The translations under genes were made by a program, and so were the position numbers. From contig NC_135832.1 in NCBI RefSeq assembly GCF_964213995.1, positions 7,130,001-7,194,000 on the forward strand: DNA of 64,000 nt. The letters run 5' to 3'. This stretch comes from Mustelus asterias. Its lineage: Eukaryota. This document shows positions 10,556 to 24,091 of the stretch, piece after piece (positions within the stretch are counted from its first letter, which is position 1; each line of letters begins with the position of its first letter). The notes under the pieces were generated by a model. That model saw only the letters and a list, made by a program, of their open reading frames with translations, searched no databases and was not told the origin of the DNA.

Positions 10556-11747
10556 TTTAGCTGAGACTGTCATTGCCCTTCCGAAAACCTTAGCCACAGC
10601 GTGACCTGAACGCCAGACAGGGGCAATGACATTTCACGCCTGTTGAAGGGCATGGCAAGGGATGTGACGAATTGAACGCAACGAATGGTTAGCAAATCTT
10701 GGGCGCCGCAACGGAGGAGATGAACAAACTGAGGGGCGTTTTTCAGTAATTTGCGTTGCGCTTTGCGAAATCGTCCAAGTCCTTCTTTCCTATTTATTCA
10801 CTGCAGATGCTCGTTCATTCTACTCGTTTCGTCCAGATCTTTGAAGGAGATCAAGGTTTAAGGATTCAATTAAACAAAGTAAAACATTGGATGAAAATGA
10901 GAACAGATAAAGGTGTAGCTTTAAGCAGGGTTTTAAGCGATAAGCGAAATGGGTTAGCATCAGGGGAATAATTGTTTCCTTAACTGACTGGCAAACAATG
11001 GAAAGATATAATTTAATGTGTGAAAACATTGGCAAAGGTGAGTTTAAAGTGGAGAGCTGAAAATACAGTTGATGCTTATATGTTAAAAAAACTTGGTCCA
11101 AGACGTTGATTCGATAGATAAAATCAAGAGAAAGACAGTACGGTTAGCTTTGCACTGAAGGAGAAGGGGAGGACAACAGCGGATAAGCAGTCACGACAAT
11201 AGCCAAGATAAGATTGGAGAAATAGTTCTCCCAAGGGCAAGTATTCTAGGTTCCATGCAGCTATTTGTAAACCCCATAGAAATCCTACGTTGAACGAAAG
11301 AAAAGCTGCCGAGCCTTGGGCATAACACGTGTGTGGGAACTATTTGCTGGATTTGCCTCACCGAGTTATCCTACATGGGATGCTGATTTCGGACGAATAA
11401 CGTACATAGAAGACAACCGGGGATAATTCCAGAAGGTACACTGTTCGTGTTGCCATTATTTCAGTTAAGTGTTTGTTTCTTTCGTATCGTGACTTTTCTT
11501 GGGTTTTTTTTCATTTACATTCATAAACATTGTTTCATTTGAATGCAAAACCTTACCGATCCTCAGAGGCTTGCATTTCTTTCCTCATAATCTGCGAAAT
11601 CACAAACTACACCATTAAGAAGGTATTCCATGTTTCCCTTCTGGGTTTTGGTATAAACTGACATCCATCATCAGTGGAATTCTTTACACTCTCTGTTCAC
11701 TCCGGTGTGATATGGTTTTAATGTCAATTATTCAAGCGGAGTTGATT

Positions 11748-13587
11748 AGAACATAGAACATAGAACATTACAGCGCAGAACAGGCCCTTCGGCCCACGAT
11801 GTTGCACCGACCAGTTAAAAAAAAAAACTGTGACCCTCCAACCTAAACCAATTTCTTTTCGTCCATGAACCTATCTACGGATCTCTTAAACGCCCCCAAA
11901 CTAGGCGCATTTACTACTGATGCTGGCAGGGCATTCCAATCCCTCACCACCCTCTGGGTAAAGAACCTACCCCTGACATCGGTTCTATAACTACCCCCCC
12001 TCAATTTAAAGCCATGCCCCCTCGTGCTGGATTTCTCCATCAGAGGAAAAAGGCTATCACTATCCACCCTATCTAAACCTCTAATCATCTTATATGTTTC
12101 AATAAGATCCCCTCTTAGCCGCCGCCTTTCCAGCGAAAACAGTCCCAAATCCCTCAGCCTCTCCTCATAGGATCTCCCCTCCATACCAGGCAACATCCTG
12201 GTAAACCTCCTCTGCACCCTCTCCAAAGCCTCCACATCCTTCCTGTAATGTGGGGACCAGAACTGCACACAGTACTCCAAGTGCGGCCGCACCAGAGTTG
12301 TGTACAGTTGCAACATAACGCTACGACTCCTAAATTCAATCCCCCTACCAATAAACGCCAAGACACCATATGCCTTCTTAACAACCTTATCTACTTGATT
12401 CCCAACTTTCAGGGATCTATGCACACATATACCTAGATCGCTCTGCTCTTCCACACTATTCAAAGTCCTCCCGTTAGCCCTATACTCAACACATCTGTTA
12501 TTCCTACCAAAGTGAATTACCTCACACTTCTCCGCATTAAACTCCATCCGCCACCTCTCGGCCCAACTTTGCAACCTGTCTAAGTCTTCCTGCAAACTAC
12601 GACACCCTTCCTCACTGTCTACCACACCACCGACTTTGGTGTCATCAGCAAATTTGCTAATCCACCCAACTATACCCTCATCCAGATCATTAATAAATAT
12701 TACAAACAGCAGTGGCCCCAAAACAGATCCCTGAGGTACACCACTTGTAACCGCACTCCATGATGAATATTTACTATCAACCACCACCCTCTGTTTCCTA
12801 TCCGCTAGCCAATTCCTGATCCAATTTCCTAGATCACCCCCAATCCCATACATCTGCATTTTCTGCAGAAGCCTACCATGGTGAACCTTATCAAACGCCT
12901 TACTAAAATCCATATATACCACGTCCACTGCCCTGCCCCCATCCACCTCCTTGGTCACTTTCTCAAAAAACTCAATAAGGTTAGTAAGGCACGACCTACC
13001 TGCCACAAAACCATGCTGACTATCACCTATCAATTCATTACTCTCCAAATAACTATAAATCCTATCCCTTATAATTTTTTCCAACATCTTGCCGACAACA
13101 GAAGTGAGACTCACCGGTCTATAATTCCCGGGGAAGTCTCTGTTCCCCTTCTTAAACAATGGGACAACATTCGCTAACCTCCAATCTTCTGGTACTATAC
13201 CAGAGGCCAACGACGACCTGAAGATCAGAGCCAGAGGCTCTGCAATCACTTCTCTTGCCTCCCAGAGAATCCTTGGATACATCCCATCCGGACCAGGGGA
13301 TTTATCTATTTTCAGACCCTCCAGAATATCCTGCACATCCTCCTTATCAACTGTAATACTGTCTATTCTACTCCCTTGCAACCCAGTGTCCTCCTCAGCT
13401 ATATTCATGTCCCCTTGCGTGAGCACCGAAGAGAAATATTGGTTCAATGCTTCACCAATCTCCTCCGGTTCCACACATAACTTCCCTCTGCCATCTATAA
13501 CTGGCCCTAAACTTGCCCTAACCAACCTTCTGTTCTTGACATACCTATAGAACGCCTTAGGATTCTCTTTAACCCTATCCGCCAAAT
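11748..13587 (-). mobile_element. Young 5'-truncated CR1 LINE
   Basis: Uninterrupted 582-aa RT ORF reaching the natural C-terminus, with a (TTCTATG)n tail. Confidence 0.96.
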
Positions 13588-14739
13588 GCACTGCAACAAT
13601 TCCGTCCTCTGGTGTTTTAGCATATAAACGCTTAAAGCTCCCTTGGCAGTAACCTCCAAATTGAGCAGTTCAGGGCAAGCCATCTGAAATACAGTCTGCA
13701 GGTTTATGCCGCTTTCAATGTTTTCAGACGTGTTTCGTCAAACTGCTTACTTTGTCATGGAGTTTTCTTTCAGCACAATCTCCCGAATTTCTGGAAACGT
13801 GAGAGCCCATTGGAAAATGCAGCAGCGTTGTTCAGGAAAGGGAAGAGGGAGAATGCTTGGGGAAAACGTCTGTCATTTGCGAGATGGAAGTAGAAGCTAG
13901 TCATCCAGTAAATCAGAACACAATCAGGTTGAGTCATGTTGTTGTAATGTTTTAAGTGTAAAAGTAAAAGTAATTTAACGGGAGAGGGTATTTCGTCTGT
14001 TCGCAATTCAATAAGACCAGAACAGATCCGAATATGGTACCACCTCATCTTTCCTCTTTGACTTTCAAACCGCTTGTCTCCCTGGCAGATCGATAAACAG
14101 CAAATTAATTTAATTTTGTTAACAATGAGCATTCTATTATCCTCTCCCTCACTTCCATTAGAAATACAAACATTTTTGCGATTAGCTAATGGAAATTGGG
14201 GAAAATAGTTGCAGTGATATTTGCAGCCTCTTCTATCTTGCCAGATTGATGAAGACTTGTACTCTAATATGTCGAAGGGCTTGGAGCGCAGATACATGGG
14301 AACACCACCACCTGCACTTACCGTTCAAACCCATTCACCACCCATCCGTGGAAACATATTGCCGTTTCTTTGATGTCGCTAGGCTGGAACTCCATCGTAA
14401 ACAGCACCTTTGAAGTACCAAATGAAAGGAAAGGGTTTAATGAGTTAGCTCACCATTATTTTCTAAAGGGCAACTCCGCATGAGCAATACACCTGGATTT
14501 GCCAGATTTGCCCACATGCAGTTAAATAATCACTTAGAATTTAGCTTCCCCTGTGTGGGAATCAAAAGTTCTGGATTCGAATCTCACCCCAGGACACAAT
14601 CAAACAACAAGTTATGTTTGCAATCAGTTAGATTGGGAATGTGCTGGTGGGAAGAATGTAACAATTCTCTGGTCCACTAAGTGGTGAAAAGGATGTTTGA
14701 ACCTTTTCCATCACGACCACAGCTCGAGAATATAACATG

Positions 14740-15390
14740 CATGTCAGCAATACATGCTGGCACAGCTGTAATGCGCCACTGCCACATACAATACTGGCAA
14801 GGAAGCACCACCTCAGGCCGAACTGGCCGATCCTAAAGGACATAGCTGCTAATCTGGGTCTGTGTCAGGTGGAGAGGGAACTAACCAGGTAGAAAAAGAT
14901 AGTTGACCTGATCCTTATCATCCTGCCTTCCGCAACAGCATCTACACATGGCAACATTTGCAGGAGTGACAACCACACAGTCCCGGTGCGGACAAAATTA
15001 TTTCCTCACATTGAAGAATCACTCAATCGTGCTGTGTGATACTAAAAGCGACCTGAATGACAAAGAATTCAAATAGATCTCGTAACTCAAGGTTGGCATC
15101 CATGAGATGCTGTGGACCATTAGCAGCTGCATAGTATGAAACCTCATAGCCTGAAGTACCCCTCAATCTACCATTACCAGCGATTCAGGTGATCAACATT
15201 GCTTTAATGTAGAGCGCAGCAGGACATTTCAGTAGAAGCACCAGGCATACCTAAAAATGAGGTGTCAACATGCCGAAGCTGTAATCAAGTGCAGCCTGCG
15301 TGTCAAACAGCAGAGAAAAAAAGTCATAGCAAGATATTAGTGATTCCACAACCAACGGTTCAGACCCAAGATTTGTAGTGCTGACACAAT
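14740..15390 (+). mobile_element. Old LINE endonuclease-region fragment
   Basis: Decayed LKDIAANLGL.QV.R..TR....DLIL and GRSD-like APE C-terminal motifs. Confidence 0.6.
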
Positions 15391-16348
15391 CCCTAAAGTA
15401 GGAAGGTAATTATTTCCTTCTGCAGACGAATGGAGATAATCAAATGACCGAGGGGCAAACGCTTCAATAGTTTTTTGTAGGGCCCCACAGACCAATAAAA
15501 AGTATTACTTTTACCTAAACAGAGTTGGGTTTTTGTTCCATGTCAGAGGAATCCAATAGTTCTCCCCCACCAAAGGAACAAAAAATAAGTTTCTCTTTTT
15601 TAATGTGCTCTCGCGAAATAGAGTCAGGATCAAAGAACGTTGCAGTCATTTCATCATTGACACTGGAATTGCAAACTCACGGCGAATGTTTAATGTTTTA
15701 ATGTCTATTTATTCATGTCACAAGTCGGCTTGCATGAGCCCTGCAATTAAGTTATTGTAAAAATCCCCTAGTCGCCACACTCAGGCGCCTGTTCGCGTAC
15801 ATTGAGAGATAATTTAGCATGACTAATGCAGCAAGGACATTGTTCTTTCCTGCAATACATGCAGTTTTAGCTTGACATGGAGGGGTTCTGGAGAGTTAAT
15901 GTGGGCGGTGGGAGCTTCGAAATCTGTCTCGACTGGAGAAGTCACTTTGATGGACAAAGTTCTAAATTTGTCTCTGTTGGGGATCAGGCGGGAGGAAAAC
16001 TATTCCTTTTCGACTGCTGTGCCAGTCCTAATCTTGGTTATTTATCTCCTAAAGTGTCTGGGCATTATACATAGTCGTTCACATCCAGGTGATTAATTAT
16101 GGTTGACTGCTGCGGGCTACCTACAGGGGAATTCCGAGTTTCTCCTCGTTCATTGCCAGGTCTTTACATCGTGACTCTCAGCTGCTTTTGTCCAATTTCA
16201 TTCCTCTCTGCCCGCTGTGGTGACATGCTCAAATCATGGCATCTTGTCAGGATGATTTCATGGATATTGAGCTCTCTTGAACCTTATGCTAGCCCCTTTC
16301 AGCAATTCTGGTGCATTCTCCAGCTTGGCTGCGAGCCTGCTCTGGTAA

Positions 16349-16685
16349 CATAGAATCATAGAAACCCTACAGTGCAGAAGGAGGCCATTCGGCCCATCGA
16401 GTCTGCCCGACCACAATCCCACCCAGGCCCTACCCCCACATATTTACCCGCTAATCCCTCTTACCTACGCATCCCAGGACTCCAAGGGGCAATTTTTAAC
16501 CTGGCCAATCAACCTAACCCGCACATCTTTGGACTGTGGGAGGAAACCGGAGCACCGGAGGAAACTCACGCAGACACGAGGAGAATGTGCAAACTCCACA
16601 CAGACAGTGACCTGAGCCGGGAATCGAACCCGGGACCCTGGAGCTGTGAAGCAGCAGTGCTAACCACTGTGCTACCGTGCCGCCC
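16349..16685 (-). mobile_element. HE1-like SINE
   Basis: Full head-to-tail copy flanked by a GTAAC direct repeat. Confidence 0.9.
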
Positions 16686-16780
16686 GTAACTCGTGGTAAG
16701 CGCTCTGGGTTCCCACTGCAAACGACGGATAATCTTCTTCAGAACCTGGGAAAGATTTATTAACTCCCATGAAAATGTGC

Positions 16781-16864
16781 TGCATTAGCAACGGGGTTTC
16801 TCTCACATCCACATCTGGAACTAATGCATTAGCAACGGGGTTTCTCCCACATCCACATCTGGAA
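16781..16864. repeat. Local tandem duplication (44-bp period, 2 copies)
   Basis: TGCATTAGCAACGGGGTTTCTCYCACATCCACATCTGGAA at 16781 and 16825. Confidence 0.9.
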
Positions 16865-17964
16865 GTGTTAGAGTGATGCAACATGGTGTGTTGTTGCACG
16901 TCATTTTATTGCAGGTGCAGCCGTATAAAGATGTCTCCTGCGAATCCTGGGAGTATGGGGTCCAATTATGTTGGAAATATTCCGTTGGTCAGGTGCATTT
17001 TATTTGTCGCAAAGTAGGTTCGACTTTCGTCTTTCTTAAATTCATTGTTGTTGTTCAAGGCTTTCCTTTTTGCTTGGGGGATGGGTTTTCTTCTGAGATG
17101 TCCCATCACTTTTACAACACTTAACGTCTTCGATGCACCCCAGAACAGTTCTTCCTTCAACTGAATTTTCGGTTCCGGCTACACTACCTTGTGACTCTAG
17201 AGCTGAGAGAAGCATCTCACGCATTACCTAGCTGCTTTGTCGCACCTATTTACATTTGGAAAGATTATTTCTACCAACATACTTCCAGAAATAGCTCAAC
17301 CTTTATCATTACGATTTTAATAATTTGTCTTCCCTAGAGCTCGTTAACCACGTGGAACAACATATTCTCTATCGCCTTTGCTGCTCTGAGACTTTTATTG
17401 TCCCTGTATAATTTTGGGACATCCTGTGTGATGGGATTTAAAGAATATTGGCCCTTCTTGGTCCTCTTTGAAATCTACTGGGCGACCTTCATCGTCATTA
17501 AATTCTGGTAGGTCTAACGCAGTGCTTATGCGCTCTATTTCACTCCGTCAGGCCTCAGAGCATTCCCCAACTCTCTGCCTTCCTGCTGAATTCTAATGAC
17601 TGATGTATTTTCTTTTGCTAGCTAACATGTTGTTGCAGTGTTGCTTGAGAGGAGGAAATCGATTCCTGCCGCTGATAGTTCACAGGCAAGGTCGACAGTA
17701 ACCCGATGGAACCCAAGTGGATTCTTCCCCAATTCCATTCATATGTTTTCTCTGAAATGCAATCGGAGGAGGTGCAACACGTTCCCTTTTACATCCTCCC
17801 TGCTCACCACGCAAGAACCTAAATACACCTTTCATGTACATCTTCATTAATCTTGTCTATTGCATTCGCTGCTCCCAATGTGATCTACTCTACAACGCAC
17901 AGACCAAACGCAGACTGGGTGACTCCTTCGCAGTACATCTTCAGCCCGTCTGCAAGAATGATGT

Positions 17965-19630
17965 TTTCATTTGGTTTGATTTATTATTATCACATTTAAT
18001 TAAAGTATTGTTTCTTGCGCACTATAAAGACAAAGCATACCTTTGATAGAAAAGGAACGCAGACAGTGCAGATCAACTTAAAGCGAGCTAGGTCCATTCA
18101 AAAGTTTGATGGCAGCAAGGAAGGAACTGTTCTTGAGTCTGTTGGTACGGGTCCTCAGACTTTTGTGTCTTTTTCCCGATGAAAGAATGTGGAAGAAAAT
18201 ATGTCCGGGGTGCGTGAGGTCCTGGATTTTGCTGGTTGCTTTTTCCGAAGCAGCGGGAAGTGTCAACACTATCAATGGATGGGAGGCTGGTTTGGTGATG
18301 GGTAGGGCTTCGTACACCACACCTTGTAGTTCCTTGCGGTCGTGAACAGAGCAGGGGCCATACCGAGCGGTGATACAACCGGAATAAATGCTTTATATGG
18401 TGCATTTGTAAAAGTTGGTGACAGTCATAGAACATAGAACAGTACAGCACAGAACAGGCCCTTCGGCCCACGATGTTGTGCCGAGCTTTATCTGAAACCA
18501 AGATCAAGCTATCCCACTCCCTATCATCCTGGTGTGCTCCATGTGCCTATCCAATAACCGCTTAAATGTTTCTAAAGTGTCTGACTCCACTATCACTGCA
18601 GGCAGTCCATTCCACACCCCAACCACTCTCTGCGTAAAGAACCTACCTCTGATATCCTTCCTGTATCTCCCACCACGAACCCTATAGTTATGCCCCCTTG
18701 TAATAGCTCCATCCACCCGAGGAAATAGTCTTTGAACGTTCACTCTATCTATCCCCTTCATCATTTTATACACCTCTATTAAGTCTCCCCTCAGCCTCCT
18801 CCGCTCCAGAGAGAACAGCCCTAGCTCCCTCAACCTTTCCTCATATGACCTACCCTCCAAACCAGGCAGCATCCTGGTAAATCTCCTCTGCACTCTTTCC
18901 AGCGCTTCCACATCCTTCTTATAGTGAGGTGACCAGAACTGCACACAATATTCCAAATGTGGTCTCACCAAGGTCCTGTACAGTTGCAGCATAACCCCAC
19001 GGCTCTTAAACTCCAACCCCCTGTTAATAAAAGCTAACACACTATAGGCCTTCTTCACAGCTCTATCCACTTGACTGGCAACCTTTAGAGATCTGTGGAT
19101 ATGGACCCCAAGATCTCTCTGTTCCTCCACAGTCTTCAGAACCCTACCTTTGACCCTGTAATCCACATTTAAATTTGTCCTACCAAAATGAATCACCTCA
19201 CATAGTGAACATACAAAATTTCCTTAGCCTTCTGAGCAAGTGGAGACGTTGGCGGGCTTCCTTTTCTATAGTGTCGGCATGGAGAGACCAGGGCAGGTTG
19301 TTAGTGATCTGGACGCCTAAGAACTTGAAGCTTTCTACCTTTTCTATTTCCTCCCCATTGATGAAGATAGGGGCATGATTTTGCTGACATTCGGGGAGAG
19401 ATCATTGTCGTGGCACCTTTTCACCAGCTTCTGTATCTCTTTCCTATACTCCGTCTCGTAATTGTTTAAGATCCGACCCACTACTGTGGTGTCATCGGCA
19501 AACTTGAAAATTGAGTTGGAGGAGAAATTGTCCACAAAGTCAGACGTGTATAAGGGGCTGATGACACAGTCTTTTGGGGCACCACTATTGAGGATGAGCC
19601 TGGAGGAGGTGTTGTTGCCTATCCTTCCTG
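17965..19630 (-). mobile_element. Rex1/Babar-type LINE fragment, interrupted by CR1
   Basis: FADDTTVVGRI..EYRKEIQKLVKRC and HPGH.FF..LSSGKRHKSLRTRTNRLKNS motifs. Confidence 0.85.
18426..19200 (-). mobile_element. Young CR1 3' fragment
   Basis: 230-aa uninterrupted RT C-terminus, (TTCTATG)n tail, CATAG at both junctions. Confidence 0.95.
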
Positions 19631-20409
19631 TTTGCCACAGACCTTCCTGTCGCTTGCCATTTCAACAGAACATGCTGCTCTCCTGTACACATGTCCATAC
19701 TTGGACTTTTGCAATGTTCCATTAAACCCCAACGCAAACTGAAGGAATTGCACCCAATCTTTCATTTAGGCACTTTACAGCTTAGCATTGAGCTCACCAA
19801 CTTCAGACTGCGAACACTTTCCCCTAAGTTCACTCAATTTCCATCAGTTTGTTTTTCTACATGAATTTTTTTAACTTTTAAAAGTTTTTCCATTGATCCA
19901 TTTACAATCTCCCTAATTTTAAACCCCGCTTGCCATGATCTTTTCACTTACCACTGTCTCCACTGCCCTCACCCCACTCGGACCATTTGTTATCTCTTCC
20001 GAGTTGTCTTTTGACACACTGCTTATCTTTGTTCTGCAATTAAAAAATTCTAATCTCTTAATGTGCCACTATCGACACCCTCCTTTGGCATGATTACCAT
20101 AATTTAAATTCCATTTTTCTTTTCGTCCTTGACAACTGTGTCAAGCTCTCCCTGTTTTGAATTTATTTCTGGCACACTAGAACACACTATAGCCCCCACA
20201 GCGTATCCACGGACGCCCCCCCCCTCCCCCGGCGCCCATCCCCCCCTTTCCCCGCTCACGCCACAACATTATAAATCCCATCCTGTGTATAATTTTCTTC
20301 AGCTCTAACGAAGTCATTCAGAAGTGAAGCATTATCTTCGTTCTCTCCACAGATGCTGTCAAATCTGATGAGATTTTCCAGCATTTTCTGTTTTATTTTG
20401 TAATGCTTT

Positions 20410-20715
20410 GGGTGCGCAAGTCCGAATCTCACTGAGGCAGTTGGCGAAATTTGAATTCAATTTCAAATTTCTGGAATTCGAAGTCTAATGTTGATCATGA
20501 AACCATTGTCGATTGTCACTAAATCACATCTTGTTCACTGATGCCTTGCCACCCTTCTACAACCTTACCTGGGCGGGACGGCACGTGACTAAGTCCCACA
20601 GCAATGTGCTTGACTTTCAAATGTTCCAGCAGGCCATTCAGTTCAAGGGCAGTTCAGGATTGGCAATAAATATTTGCCCAGCCAGTGAGCGCACTCATTC
20701 CCTGAACAAATAAAA
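20410..20715 (+). mobile_element. Old tRNA-derived SINE remnant (related to the 3551 head)
   Basis: Decayed B box and an ATTTGAATTCAAT block like that at 3655-3670. Confidence 0.55.
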
Positions 20716-21927
20716 GCGGTTCACACATAAATCCATGCGGCAGTCCAGCATAGAGCAAAAACAATTTGTCATTTTAAAAATGACGCTTTTGACTTGTTGG
20801 ATACCAATCCTCTCTACTTGCTACTATTTGAAACGAAACGTATCTTCTACAGTGACCTATTATGTGGAACATTATCAATTGCCAACTGGTAAGCCAAATA
20901 TAGCATATTTTTCGTACCACTTCACCACATTGCGTGTTACAACATTAAATGACTAATAAATTCGTCGATCAGGATTTCCCATTCATAACGCCATGTTGTT
21001 TGTGAATGATTGCGTTCAGCATTTCCAATTATTGCTTCCTTAGCAACCTTTTCAAGCATAGTCTCAATGTCAGATATTAGGCTGACTGTGGAATTGTTTG
21101 CTGTATTCTGTCCCTCTCAATTTTTCCTCCGTGACATTTTTGTTGCAGTTTACAAAGCGCTTATACCTTTAGCTCAATCATTTACCACTCTCCCTCTCTC
21201 GAATAATTTCGATTGCTGTATGTTCCTCACTCCCTTTTTCTCCTTTTTCCGCTATTCTTGTTTTTTTTCAATATTTTGCTTTGTAAAGACAGCTGCAAAA
21301 TACATGTTTGAATCCCTGTGATTTCGTTTTTTTCTCCCATTAGTAATCCTAAAGCACCATTTGTAAAGGATCAATAGGGTCTGTAGTTATTCATTCTCTT
21401 TGTGTACTTGAAGATGCAGATATATCTGCATCTTGTTAGTATTATTAGGTTTCTAATAACTAACCTGGTCAATCTCTGTCATTTTTTCTGGCAGGTTTCT
21501 CACCGTTTCCTGATAATTTGATCTATCAATTATCATCACAGAACTGTACTCATTTTCCTTCCAGTCGATAAAATCCGAACTTCCTTAAATAGCTAAGAGC
21601 CATCCTTCTCCAAAAAAAATGCTTCTTTCTGGAGCACATCTTCGTATAGATTTATGAAATATATTCTTAAATCTCAGCCAATGCTGCACTACTAGCCTAC
21701 ACTTAAAGCTATTTTTCCCGAGCTACTTTAGCGAATTCTAGTTTGCTATCCTTGCAACTGCTTACTATTATGAGACGGGCACTGAGTAAAGGAATAATGA
21801 AATATTTCCACAATTGTAAATGACGTTGGTGAAACGACACCTAGAATGTTTCGTGCAGTTTTGGTCTTTATTTTGAAGGAATAATATATTAACATCAGTA
21901 GCAGATTGGTTACTGACATGACATATA

Positions 21928-22250
21928 GGGCGACAAATTGGCACAGTGGTTAGCACTGTTTCCTCACAGTGCCAGGGATCCAGCTTCGATTCGAGCCTTC
22001 GGTGACTATCTGTTTGAAGTTTCCATGTTCTCCCCCTGTGTGCGTCTGTTTCCTCTGGGTGCTCTGGTGTCCTCCTAAAATCCAACAATATAAAAGTTAT
22101 GTTGATTGGCCATGCTAAATGCCCGTTAGTGTCCAGGATTTCTGGGTTAATGGGGTTAGCAGTTTCTGGGCAAGATGCACGGAACGGGGAGTCGGTGCAG
22201 ACTCGATGGGCCGAATGACCTGTTTCTGCATTGTACGGATTCAATGACAA
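21928..22250 (+). mobile_element. Older HE1-related SINE
   Basis: GGCACAGTGGTTAGCACTG head and diverged body and tail. Confidence 0.8.
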
Positions 22251-24054
22251 TGTGGGCTCATCAAGAGTCGGATTAATTTGGGTTATGCTGTTTTGAGTTT
22301 AGAACATTGGGAGATGATCTCAATGAAATTTATATGATTGGAAAGAGGAATTAACAACTTAGACATTATGAGGTTATTTTCTCTATCTGGGGAGTTTAGA
22401 ACATGGTGACACAGTCTAGAGATGAGGAAGCAGTCATTTATAATCGCGAGGAAGATAATTTTCAGTCACCATTTTTTAATTTTATTTTACCATGCCCCAT
22501 TATGACTCTCATGAAACCAAGTCTTTGACAACGCATTTGAACATATTACCGAATACTTCCCGGTACGCCCTGAGATTCTGCGACATCATCTGTCCAATAT
22601 CCCCCAACCGAGTTGACCATTTCTGTCAGAAAGCGTACTTTTTCCTTTCCAGAATGAAAAATAAACACAAGCTACATGTAACCCGATGAAAAATGATCGC
22701 GTGCAGGTAGCCTATCCTATAAGACAACGAACTGAAGTGGTCAAATCCCCCGTCTGTGCCTCCTCTGTTTATAGAAAGAACAGTGAATACACCCCACTCC
22801 TGGAATATAAATTGTCAGAACTTCCTGTCACAAGTATGGTCCAATCCGGCAGCTACAAATCTGCAAGATTGATCGATCGGGTTCCAATACACCTTGCAAT
22901 ATTGATCAATCGTGTTAACGCCACCTTTCCCAAAATATGGATCGATCACGCTCTCCCTTCTCCCATTCCTCCTGTTGTGCTGCTTTTATTGCCCTCCCAA
23001 TTTGATTTCCATTATTTCACACTATTATCACTATTGTTCCAAAAAGCCACGCATTTCCCTCAGTATGCCCTTTCTTCATTCCCCCACATCAAATATCAAC
23101 ACATATATCATACCAGGGGCTATTTCCATCCCCTTCCCAATTTTGATCTCTGCAATTCGCATCCACTTCATCCCTTGCCCTTTCCCCCTCTGAAATTCGC
23201 CATTATACAAACCTGCATCCCTATTCTCCCGCCCGAACTCCTTTTTTTAGATTTTTCCCTCTCCATTTCGAACCCACAATTCAGGCTCACGACTTAGCCT
23301 CCCACATAGCCCTCGTTATTTCCTCCTCTTTATTTCTCTTCCACCAATTCCCACTTTCCATTCCTGCAACTTACTTTTTCCGTCCATCTGCCTGCACCAT
23401 TCTCCGTCCGATACACAATTCCCCCAACAACCAGCCTCGCTCTCCCATCTGTACCGCGCCCAGTATTTACCATCATTCGATCTCGCTGGGAAGCTACGGC
23501 CAATCCCTCGTGCTTGACCTTCAATGCGTTGGAGAATTTATCGGTACTAAAGGCTGGTTACATCCCAGCACCTTACATTGTATATGCCAGATTATTGAAA
23601 ATTGTAGGTAGCGAGATAATGGATGCATCGATCATCAAAATTCAGTACCTTCTTGAGTGGTTCCTGCACATTGGAAAGTAAGTAATGTCCACACCGTCTT
23701 GAGGAAGGGAGGAGAGAAAAGAAAACAGGGGACTGAAGCCTGATTAAGCTTAAATTAGTAGACGGGTAAATGCAAGAATTTAATATAAATAATATGATAT
23801 GGGGACACTTGGACAATAGTGATGTCATTGGGCATTAATTGTGTGAAACAGGAAATCGTGTTAACGAACCAGTTAGAATGTTTTGAGGATGTTACTAACA
23901 GAAATGACAAATTATCGCCAGTTTACATAGTATACTTTGCTTTTAAGAAAACATTTGATTAAGACCATCACAGAAGTTTCTGTTACAAAATTAAAGTAAG
24001 AAGTTTAACAACACTAGGTTAAAGTCCAACAGGTTTATTTGGTAGCAAAAGCCA

Positions 24055-24091
24055 CACAAGCTTTCGGAGCTGCAAGCCCCTTCTTCGGGTG
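24055..24091 (-). ncRNA. Second, probably inactive hammerhead copy
   Basis: Same motif on the minus strand, but the core reads CCGAAGA instead of CTGAAGA. Confidence 0.6.

Larger units (their letters stand above)
15840..17600 (-). mobile_element. Possible decayed Penelope-like element, interrupted by a SINE
   Basis: Weak GIY-YIG C-terminal-like fragments on the minus strand. Boundaries uncertain. Confidence 0.35.
17750..20400 (+). mobile_element. Penelope-like element 3' part (GIY-YIG endonuclease + 3' region), split by a Rex1 insertion
   Basis: CNRRRCNT..NLVYCIRCSQCDLLY..QTKRRLGDSFAVHL at 17750-17960 resumes as LPVACHFN..QRKL at about 19640. Confidence 0.8.

Noticed and set aside
11555-13690. 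Possible exon split by the CR1 (acceptor about 13684, donor about 11556)
   Set aside because: All frames contain stops and there is no recognisable Ig constant or other domain pattern.
15528-15570. Perfect RSS nonamer GGTTTTTGT (similar cases near 26714 and 53238; lone heptamers at 3072, 39498, 48135, 61301)
   Set aside because: No partner motif at 12 or 23 nt spacing and no D or J coding segment. No J or C exons were found in the window.
22686-23297. 203-aa ORF, plus the Pro-rich ORFs at 38.8-39.7 kb and 43.9-44.3 kb
   Set aside because: C/T- or G/A-skewed low-complexity sequence depleted of stops, with no recognisable domain.
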